A DNA stretch of 62,608 nt, filler included, from Syncephalis fuscata S228 (taxonomy: Eukaryota; Fungi; Zoopagomycota): the NCBI GenBank assembly GCA_025786725.1. It is 4 parts of 4 records of this genome, joined end to end, with 100 filler letters (N's around TTAATTAATTAA, not from the genome) between each part and the next. Parts side by side here need not be neighbours in the genome. Positions count along the whole stretch, not along the records: positions 30,227 to 56,668 come from JAHLTZ010000111.1; positions 56,769 to 62,608 come from JAHLTZ010000332.1; 2 more parts are not named here. One strand, 5' to 3'. Both the position numbers and the translations under genes were made by a program. Numbering within the stretch: the stretch's first letter is position 1; each line of letters opens with the position of its first letter. Shown here piece by piece: positions 52,535-62,608 of this stretch. The notes under the pieces are model-generated. The model was given only the letters and a program-made list of their open reading frames with translations. It was not told the DNA's origin and searched no databases.

Positions 52535-53833
52535 CTATTCCGAAGCCATGGCCTTCTTGATCTTGGCAATAGCCAAGCCAGGATTTAAACCCTTTGGACA
52601 AGTACGAGTACAGTCTAATAGCAGTTAATAATCATATCTATCTATCTATCTGTTAGCTAATACTTACTCATGATGGTATGGCAACGGTATACGCTGAAGG
52701 GACCTTGCAATTTGGCACGGCGTTCAGGACCAAATTGATCCTAATAGTAAAGAAATCATTAGATTCAAGCATACAGCTTACTGTATCTAAAATATACATA
52801 CACGACTATCCGCCTGCCAGCGGTAAGCTTGCAGCAAGGCAGCTGGTCCAAGGTACTTGTCCTGATTCCACCAATAGGACATACATGAAGTAGAACAGCA
52901 CGCACACAAGATACATTCATATAGACCATCCTAATAAACAATTTACATTAGCTATCCTCTCTTTAGCTGTTATTCATCAATAACGCTTACCAACTTCTTT
53001 CGCTCTTCAATCGATTGCAGGTTTTCTTTGCCATCCTTAGGTGGGTCTCGTTGTTGCAAATATGGCTCAATAAATGCATATTGGCGATAGAAATTGGTCA
53101 AATCTGGCACCAAATCCTTAATGACGTACATATGAGGCAATGGATAGATCTTTAGCGATTTGCCTGCATCACGGTCAATACGAGCAGTACAGGCCAGTGT
53201 ATTGCCACCACCAATATTCATGGCACATGAACCACAAATACCTATCATCAAATACATTTAGTATATCTATCTAGCAAGTAATAAGGCCTATAGATACCTT
53301 CACGGCAAGAACGACGGAAGGTCAATGATGGATCGATTTCATTCTTAATCTTAATAAGCGCATCCAATACCATAGGACCGCATTGATTGATATCTACTTG
53401 ATAAGTTTGCAAATGTGGCTTTTCACTAGGCTGTTCTGGATCCTATTATTAACACAAATATAAATGTTGTTGTTATTGTTATTATTGTATATCAGTGTGA
53501 CATGGTAACGGTGTATTTGTTATTAATTGCTTACCCAGCGATAGATTTCAAATTTCTTTAGTAACACTGGTTTGCCAGTAGATGCATCGGCCTCCTTGGC
53601 CATCGATGTTTGCACCGATGTTTGAATGCCACGCATCTGTAGAATAAATAAAGACCATAGTAAGCAAGTGGCCATATTGGTCGGTAATTGCGTCATCCAA
53701 TAGACATCATCGTATGTTATACGAGCAATCGTCTATTCAAACATCAAATGACATAACGTACCGTAATCGAGGAGAGACGCGTGTTTGGACGTGCCGTCCT
53801 AAGTGAGTTAACTACTGCTCGTGAAAACGACAT
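52535..53833 (-). CDS. SDH2: Succinate dehydrogenase iron-sulfur subunit, multi-exon
   Basis: [57 protein letters not shown] and [18 protein letters not shown]. Confidence 0.97.
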
Positions 53834-54084
53834 GTTAACCGGTATAACCAAAATGAATAAACGCAAAGTAGAGCAAGCAATATAGATAGTAGGTAGTAGT
53901 TGTAAAAGTGTTATTTAAGGGATGACGAACGTCTTTTATCTGTTCGGAAGTGTTCGGGTCAAAAAGAACAGTTTCCCGTAAAAGGTTAAATGATTTGTTT
54001 GCTATTTCATCGTAAATTATGATCAATATTAATTATTATTATTATTATTATTATAATTACATTTTTGTAATTAAAGATTTTAAT

Positions 54085-56260
54085 CTACTCTTTGTGATAA
54101 CGACGCTCTTCTTGTTTCTCTCGACGCATTGCTTCTTTGGCACGATCTGTAGCTCGTACTTTAAATGTATCGCCTTGATGAGCCAATCTATCAATATTAG
54201 CTTGAATAGTAGTCGCCAATGGATCACCTATACATATGGATTAATAAATAAACCATTTAAACAATTCATGTATTTACCAGGTGTAAATGTACGTCGCCGT
54301 CCAACATAAGCTATATTTTTGGTGGATGGAATACGTAACTGATCCCTTTCAATTACATAGCCACAAGTAGTTATAATGTCTTCTAAATAGCGTTGATAGG
54401 ATAAATAACGGCTTAGTCCAGGTAATTTTGGTAATCGTCGTTGACCATCTAGCGTATAGAAACAACAAGGAATAATAGCAAATCTACACTCTTATTAGCA
54501 TCAATCATAATTGAATAACTAATTCTCATTTACTTTGGCGAATATCCTGAACGAGCAGCAATAATAGGAATCCTACATTAATTGGCCATGTGTAAATTGA
54601 TAGTTCACTATATCTATTCATACTTGCCATGGCACTAATTCATCCGCATGATTACCGATAATCCAATCCACGCGATCCAGCATAGACCACGGATCTTGCT
54701 GATCCATCCTTTGTCCATCCTTTGCCGCTGTATTAAACCGCACCTCGTTTGGTAATAGTGCACATGTGGCCAATTGTGTGGCATTGCCATACTGTTGCCA
54801 TACACCACGATCTGCCAAGTCAATACCTATGCCCGAATATCCCTCACTTGTTAGCAAATGAGTTAACAATCCATTGCCACAGCCTAGATCAATAAACGTA
54901 GGTCGTCTAATAATCAATCAATGAAAGGCATTAGATGTAGTATATAGACTATTTAACAGATGCTAACTAACCGGTTTTCTAAAGATGATTTTTCTTCCTC
55001 TTGCCATAAACATAGTAGCCACGCGGCAATAGCAATATCCTCAAATACAAATTTCCGAGGGTCCGTTTTCTCCGGCCAGTGCTGAACCCAATACTTGGCA
55101 TACTTTGCCTTGAGTTGGGCATACATGGCCAAATACACTTCTTTAGATACGAGCTGGTCGTGACACGAGCGTTTCTGATAGCCTATCATAGTATTATGGC
55201 ACCATTTACGGAGCCGTGTTAATAGCTGGGGCCATACACTTGCCTATCAACATTCCATGATATTCATTCACCGACTATAATTAGCGCTGTTATCATTATT
55301 GCTACTATTAGAAGTAGCATGAATAAAGAACTTACGGATTTATCAATCACGCTATTTGCATCAGGCAATGGCAAATATTCAATCCACAAATTGACTGGTT
55401 GATCATCCATCTTCAACGATGGCTGAGTTATTTCCAACTGGCTACAGTTAAACTCAGCAGGTGCATTACCGTTCTCATCCAATTTATAAGTATTATCGTT
55501 GCTATTGCCACTAGTAACTCCGCGGTCTGGCGGTTCATGCTGTGGCTGTTCTAATACAAATGCGAATGCGCGAACCTACAACTCAATTAGGCACGTGTAC
55601 AAGGAGGGTCCATACAGCATATACACACGCTTGACCCTTTTGGTATTTACCTTCGGATAATAGAAGGGAAGCATGGTGGCCGATACTATGGATTCAAATT
55701 CAGGTCTGAATTCAGCGCGTGTCTGTACCGGCCCGCCTAATAATAATTACAAGTATATTAATATTAGGATTAGGATTAAAAATAAATTGGCTTTACCGCG
55801 ATGCATGCTTACCTGTATACTCGGGTCCTATCACGCGTATCTCGATACATTCAATAAGGGGGCATCTTTGTCGAGTCGTTTGGGAAGTAAACGCCGTCGG
55901 ACACGTTTACGAAGCGTGGCATCCATTTCATCGGTTATTTGACATGCGTCATTTTCATTATTATTATCGGAAAGTATTTCACAACCCCGTACTGGAGGAA
56001 TAATGAGTTCAGGTTCAGCAATCCATCGATCCTATAGATGTTCAATAATAGTGGTAATAATGGTAATAACAATAATTCGTTTCCGAATATTGGATACGTG
56101 ACGTGGTCATAACAAGTAAAGTCATTCAGTAACAAACAAACAAACAAATAGGCCAGTTACTAACTATTACTTGTCGAAATACTGCCGCATTGGCCGTCAC
56201 ACTCGCCAAACAAGCACGTGTCCATTCAGGTGTCAATGGTGGTGGTGTTGAATGGATCAT
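54085..56260 (-). CDS. TRM44: tRNA (uracil-O2')-methyltransferase, multi-exon
   Basis: GYQKR..HD, WPEKTDPRKFVFEDIAIAAWL, FIDLGCGNGLL, WIIGNHADELVPW and LRIPSTKN. Confidence 0.9.
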
Positions 56261-56668
56261 GGCATAGAAATTAAAAGGGAAGGGAGAGAGAGAGAGAAGA
56301 AAAATGTGAACAAAAAGAATGGTCAAGTCGATTGTACGACGATCACCTCAACCCACATGGCCTAGTACTTGTTCTCGTAGTAGCAATAGGTATAACAGGT
56401 AATATTGCGTACAATAATTAGTACCGGAGCAAAGGTTGCTCTGATCGACTAGAGGGATGTTCAAGAGACTAGATGTATTATTTAGTTAAACGAGGAGAAA
56501 TAAATAAACGCTCTTTACTATGTTATCGTAATAAAATAACCAATTGTTTATTAATAATAAAGTATGTAAATTACATTATATATATACTATTATATCTATT
56601 ATATGTTTAATTCAATACTATTTAATTCAATAATATTATACAAATCTGTTACACGGCAATGAATCCAC

Positions 56669-56768
56669 NNNNNNNNNNNNNNNNNNNNNNNNNNNNNNNN
56701 NNNNNNNNNNNNTTAATTAATTAANNNNNNNNNNNNNNNNNNNNNNNNNNNNNNNNNNNNNNNNNNNN
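56669..56768. other. Artificial gap/linker (N44-TTAATTAATTAA-N44)
   Basis: Same linker as at 14055. Confidence 0.95.
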
Positions 56769-57327
56769 TTAGATGAACTCCAATTGCACTCCACCGTAAA
56801 AACAAAGCAAACAACGAGATTTAACAGCATATGCTCAAAATAACATAAAAACAAGCCAGGAATGCATTTACCGTGTCAATAAAGCTGCTAAACGCAATGA
56901 TTGGAATAATGAAGGCAATTACAAAAGAGCAATGCAAGTACATAGTGTAGAAGGTGTTTGTACTAACTAGTAGTCAGTCAACTACTAACACTATCTATAT
57001 ACATATATGGAGTGTACAAGTATATGCAATGGATATATGCTATCAAGTGTGAAGAAAGAGAAAGGAAATGTGATGACGTAGATTGTGAGATGTGAGCCTG
57101 TCAGTCAATATTTATAAACAGCCGAGTTTAATTGATTAATAAATGGAATGTAAATAATAAAAGTCAATCTACCCAACATGTTGATACATCATAAAACAGA
57201 TTAATAGTAAATGAATAAAGGTTATTAACACAAAAAGTAATTAATATAAAATCCTATCTGATATAATGTTAAACTGTATATAATTGATTATATCTTTATT
57301 CTGGAATGTGTAATATACACAGTACTT

Positions 57328-58782
57328 TTAGCTCCTAACTGTTTGTTCACGCTTAGAAGCTGCAAGCATAGCTGCCAAAGCAGCACCTACACCACTACCA
57401 TCCTTGGCCAATGCCAACGACACTTTATCCTGAATCTGATCGGCACCGAGGATCTCGTGCATAGCCGTCATAATACGCTCGTCAAAGTGGGGATAGTATT
57501 CGAATAGACTGCCATCAATACCTACGGCAACCTTGGCATCTGGACCTTCGAGTAGTTCAGGTCGGTATGAAGAAGTGCAGCCAACGCAGCACCACCTAGT
57601 CGAGCAGCACGAACACCCACAAGCTTACACATCTCCCGTACAAAGTACCGGTCAACATGGGTAGTCGATCCATTTGGCATGCCCATAACATCTTCGAGTA
57701 CTCGACGCGTTCCTTCAAGATTCGTCGTCGTATCACCTTCAATCTCACTCATATAGGCAGTGTCAAAGGTATATGCTTTGTTAAATTCATCCGATGACCA
57801 ACCGTCAAACAATAGACGACGATCCGTAAGATCAAGCAATATAAGACGAACAATCTCTCCTAAATACATGCCAGAAACCATCTTTTCAAATAGCTGATTA
57901 AATGGATTTTGCGTCATTCGATCAAGACGGGCGTCAAAGCGTGTTAGCGGCAATACTTTACGTTCAGCGTCGAATGCACCCCATTCAGTATTGACAATCA
58001 TCTCGGTGGCACCACGTGTTGCCGCATCACTTTCTGGATCGTGTTTGGCCGTCCATTTAGTAATGTAGGAATGCGGGCATAGAAAGCGGCTTCGTGCCGG
58101 TACCAAAAATCACACCCACAAGGGTATTTGGATCACGATATGCGTTGGCGAGTAGACAGCCAACGGTATCGTTAACAACGGCTGTAACACGTACGTGCAG
58201 ATTACGGCGGTGCAGTGCCGACTGTAGCATCTGAACGACGTCCTTGCCAACGGTATCCGGTAGATCAAAGCCCTTGTTCCAGTACATCACCGTGCCACGA
58301 TCAATGGCCGTTTGATTAAGCGGAAACGAGAAGGTAAATCCGAGTAATAGCTCTTCATTGACCGGCTTATTCTCACTCTCGGGCATTAGCACTTCAGTGA
58401 TGTAGATACCAACACATTCGGCAAGAAAGTCGAATAGTGTTTTGCCAGGGCCAATCTTGATAGTATCAGGTACGGTAAACTTACGCTGACGTACGGTAAT
58501 GCGGCCAGCACCGTGTAGACGGATTGAACAGACGCGCAAGTTGGTGCCGCCTAAATCAAGTGCCAAATAAGTGCCAACTTCGTTACCCGTAGGCCGATTA
58601 ACGACATACGCAGGGATCATCGGCACTGTCGATCCATACTCGGACAAGCCGAGATTCATAGCTTCGATGAAGCTGCCATGGAGCTCTTTAAGCTTGTCTG
58701 TAGACAGAATAAATTCACGTCCAAGTCGTTCATACTGTTCACGTTGCTTATCCGTAAATTCTGGATGTGGGTCGGCAAGCAT
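57328..58782 (-). CDS. HXK: Hexokinase, intronless, with apparent frameshifts at about 58090-58065 and 57567
   Basis: LALDLGGTNLRV, LGFTFSFP, VVNDTVG, GVIFGTGT, NTEWGAFD, FEKMVSGMYLGE, GIDGSLFE and DGSGVGAAL. Confidence 0.93.
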
Positions 58783-58922
58783 ATTGAAAGCAAATAAGCA
58801 CTAGCTGTAATGACAAACCAAAGCAATAGATAACACGGTGGCGGTAGCAACAGAAAGATAAAAAACTATTGTCTGGCGTTACAGTTGCTAAGGCATACGC
58901 ACGCGTAATAACCAGTTCACCA

Positions 58923-58953
<31 letters not shown>

Positions 58954-59501
58954 GGGGTAGACGATATCCGTGAGTGGAGAAAGAAAAGAGAACAAGGGCA
59001 GGTGACGTACTACAACGTGATGTCTGTTGATGTTTTGGTCAGTTCTATTTTTCTTTTTTGCATGTGCACAAGACCAACATAGTCGTGCAAAAGGAATAAA
59101 TAAAGCAATTGTACAAATGTGATGGCATTGGATATTATTATTATATTATAGTTGGTATTACTATTGTTACTATTATATTAATATTTATTGTAGTTGTATG
59201 ATTTGTGGTGTTATTATTTGTGGTATAGTAGCTATTCATCACTAACACGTGTGTATAAATTTTACTTTTTTATTTAACGATGTATATATCCATCAATAGG
59301 ATAGGCCAATAGCCGTTATTGCTATTGCTATTGCAGTTGTTGTTATTACGTTGCGGCTAATCTGCACACGTACACAACATACACACACACTTGCACATGA
59401 CCATGAACCTATAGGCATACGCCGTACTACCATCTAGATCAAATCAATTAATCTACAGGCAAGAGATATGGATTTAACTGAGCAATGATCGACGTATGTA
59501 T

Positions 59502-60023
59502 TTACTGGGATAGATGAGCAAGCGACGGCTGTTTCTCCCAGTTCTGACCATCAAACGGCTTAATAGTATGACTATTAATGGTTGCTTGGTCTAAGCATCT
59601 GAAATTAACCTATTCATCTAGTTAGTTAGAGTATAACAGGCCTTTGATCAGATCTAATTGTCTATATTTACATCAACACCATCAGGATTACTACGTGGAA
59701 TGTAATAGGGTGAAATGCCACAGATTCGGCAAAAGTAATGCTGTGCCACACCAGTACCAAAGGTGTATAGCGCAATATTCGCTTTATCTGTCGTTTCGGC
59801 CAAACGGAAGCGCGTCTTTGGTACAATCAAATGAAGATAGCCTATTAATATGCATATTAGACACGAATAAATTACGCAATATTATAAAATGGCTACCTTT
59901 CTTGTTACAAATAGAGCAGTTGCATTCTACAATTTCTAGATTGTCAGCGGGTGCATCAACTTCAAATTGAATAAGACCACAATGACAACCGCCTTTATGT
60001 GTAGATAGCGTAGATTGTGCCAT
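59502..60023 (-). CDS. GFA/CENP-V (Mss4-like) zinc-binding protein, 3 exons
   Basis: HKGGCHCG..CNCSICNKKG, YTFGTGVAQHYFCRICG..PRSNPDG, VNFRCLD and FDGQNWE. Confidence 0.9.
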
Positions 60024-60155
60024 TGCTTACAATATAAATAAATAGAACAGATTTGCTTAATAAAAAGCAAAAATAGGCAAGAGGAAAGAAGAAGAAAGCG
60101 GAAACGTAGACGGCGATCATTTTGGTACTACTTTCTTCTCCACTCATTGGTAACA

Positions 60156-62608
60156 ATGCGGCCAACACCACGTCTCGATCTATTATACGGAAGTACACTA
60201 CTACAGCGTGTTGCTTCGGCACGCGTACTTATGGTCGGTGCCGGTGGTATTGGCTGTGAATTACTGAAGAATCTCGTAATGTCGGGTTTTAGACGCATTG
60301 AAGTCGTTGACCTTGATACTATTGACTTGTCCAATCTAAATCGACAATTCCTATTTCAAAAGCGTCATATTAAGCTATCAAAAGCCAATGTAAGTAATAG
60401 CTACAGATAACAATGAATGGACGTGTTTATTGATAGAATCCATACATTGTATAATATGTGTGTTTGTAGGTAGCGCGTGAATCAGCATTACAATTTAATC
60501 CAGCCGTAGATATTCAATCACATCATGCAAATATTAAAGATCAACGCTTTGATGTTAATTGGTTTCGTGGATTTGATTTAGTTACTAATGCGCTTGATAA
60601 TCTTGGTAAGTAGTGTAGTTTAACGGGTAACTAATAATCATTGATATCTAATGGCTATAATGACCATTCATCTATTTAGATGCACGAAGACATGTCAATC
60701 GTATGTGTTTAGCAGCCAATGTGCCATTAATTGAATCGGGTACAGCTGGCTATTTGGGGCAGGCCACAGTAATTCAACCGGTAAAGTGTATTAATTAACT
60801 AACAAGTAACTGATTAACTAATATTTAATTAGAACAAAACCGAATGCTTTGACTGTCAACCTAAACCGACACCCACCACATTTCCCATTTGTACCATTCG
60901 TAGTACACCTACTGCGCCTATTCATTGTATTGTGTGGGCTAAAAGTTATTTATTTGCCCAACTATTCGATCGACCTGATGATAACGACGATGACACAGCT
61001 ATTACTACAGATACAACAGCCGAGAATGGTATGATCACTGTAGCTATCTAGCGATGTTTATTTGTATTAATAATGAACTGATTATAGCGGCAGAGATTAG
61101 CTTTTTAAATAGTGAGGCTGAAGCACTTGGACGTATTCGAGATGCAGCTGGACATCCCGGCTATGCCAGACAAATATTCCAAAAGGTAAACACTACTTGG
61201 TAAATGCCGCTATTTAGCCCAATTATTTAATTGTATGTATATGTATATGTATGTATATATAGGTATTCCATGATGATATTGTACGTTTAGCCTCTATGGA
61301 AGAAATGTGGCAGTCGCGCAGTCCTCCAGTGCCACTTCAATATGAGACATTTGAAGGAAGGTTGCTTGATGATATAGTTAAAGGCACAGAGCAGCAAGAA
61401 ATGGCCACGAACGAGCAGCGTACTTGGTCAATCGATGAATGCTTTCAAGTATTTGTCAATAGGTTAGTGTGACTATATACGGCAATTAATTGACCTTATT
61501 CTAATACTATGTAGTACTACTCGTTTGGGAGAGCGACTTGTTAAACTAAAAGAGAATGATATAGATGCAGCAATATCGTTTGATAAAGATGATAATGATG
61601 CTTTGGATTTTGTTACCGCAACCTCTAATATACGGGCATCTTTATTTAATATAGAACCAAAGAGTCGATTTGATGTTAAATGTAGGTGGTTATAAAACCA
61701 TTCATGTATATTGCAATTAAAATTGGCATTAATGTTTAACAAATAGCTATGGCGGGCAGTATTATTCCAGCTATTGCTTCTACCAATGCCATTATTGCTG
61801 GTGTTATTGTTATGCAAGCCATGAGAGTATTACATCATCAAGTCGATGAATGTAAAACGGTAAATAGATCATGGGGAATAGTTGTGAATACATGTTATTT
61901 ATTATTCAATTAGATTTATCTTGGCTATGGTGGTCGTCGTGATCGTCTCTTTTATCCTGAACAATTATCTGCACCGAATCCAGCCTGTTATGTGTGTCGT
62001 AATGTATACATTACTTTACCGGTGGATATTGAACGTGCCACCCTAGGTGATGTAGTTGATCGTATTATTATACCGTCGGTAGATGCTGGTGGACTAGGGC
62101 TGGGCGATGAAGTAACACTAATGGAAGCGAGTAGGTCAGTAAATATATTCATTTTATGGTAAAATACTAACTTGTTATAATAGAATGCTATATGATGTCG
62201 ATTGGTGTGATAATAAAACAAAAACACTGGCCTCATTAGGCTTGACTAATGGAAAACTATTAACTGTTATGCCAGATGATGTTAATGTCATGGGAGAAGG
62301 TCGGACAGTGATACTTATCATAGCTGAACGGTAATAACTTGATAGCTACAAGGAATAAACTAATCAATGGATAAATAGATCTGAACTGGCTACAGCAGAT
62401 GTGCCAATTCAACTGGATGGACCTGTACCTGATATTAGTCGACCAGCCAACTGGGTAGTGCCGTCGAATGGATTGGCTGCTGATACGGCTGAGGCAGCGG
62501 CTGTTAATAATAAGAAGCGTAAATTCGATAGTTTAGACGAGGACAGCACAATAAATAGCGTTACCATTCAAGACGATGACGATGACATCATGATTATTGA
62601 TAAACCAT
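60156..62608 (+). CDS. UBA2: SUMO-activating enzyme E1 subunit 2, multi-exon, running to the window end
   Basis: [79 protein letters not shown] and a C-terminal [12 protein letters not shown]. Confidence 0.95.

Noticed and set aside
56340-56500. GC-richer stretch with the hairpin GGAGCAA-AGG-TTGCTCT upstream of TRM44, considered as a possible ncRNA
   Set aside because: No recognisable snRNA, SRP, RNase P/MRP or snoRNA motifs. It may simply be promoter sequence.

Overview
Eukaryotic, intron-rich, AT-rich fungal DNA. The gene content and short GT-AG introns suggest an early-diverging fungus, possibly a Zoopagomycota mycoparasite such as Syncephalis (inference, not verified). The window is four segments joined by artificial 100-nt N/TTAATTAATTAA linkers: 1-14054, 14155-30126, 30227-56668 and 56769-62608. 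It carries housekeeping genes (C9orf78/TLS1-like, CK2 alpha, CPT1/EPT1, RNase H2B, RPL25, cytochrome b5, an SLC35/TPT transporter, GGPP synthase, SDH2, TRM44, hexokinase, GFA/CENP-V, UBA2), a 5S rRNA gene about 8 nt upstream of tRNA-Glu(CTC), and a highly repetitive secreted KPEY protein. An accessory island at about 38-51 kb holds a Crinkler-type gene, a Mutator transposase relic, a 1-kb foldback and a secreted kinase-like gene. The standout, invisible in the ORF track, is at 45540-46494: a signal-peptide/Kex2 precursor exon followed by ten consecutive 3-nt microexons. These splice to MRLSIAIFCVLFVAFVANTSIVDVSPTLTRR-GEKRCPYINC*, so every residue of the predicted mature peptide is encoded across an exon junction. 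Several conserved genes carry single-base frameshifts that look like assembly errors.
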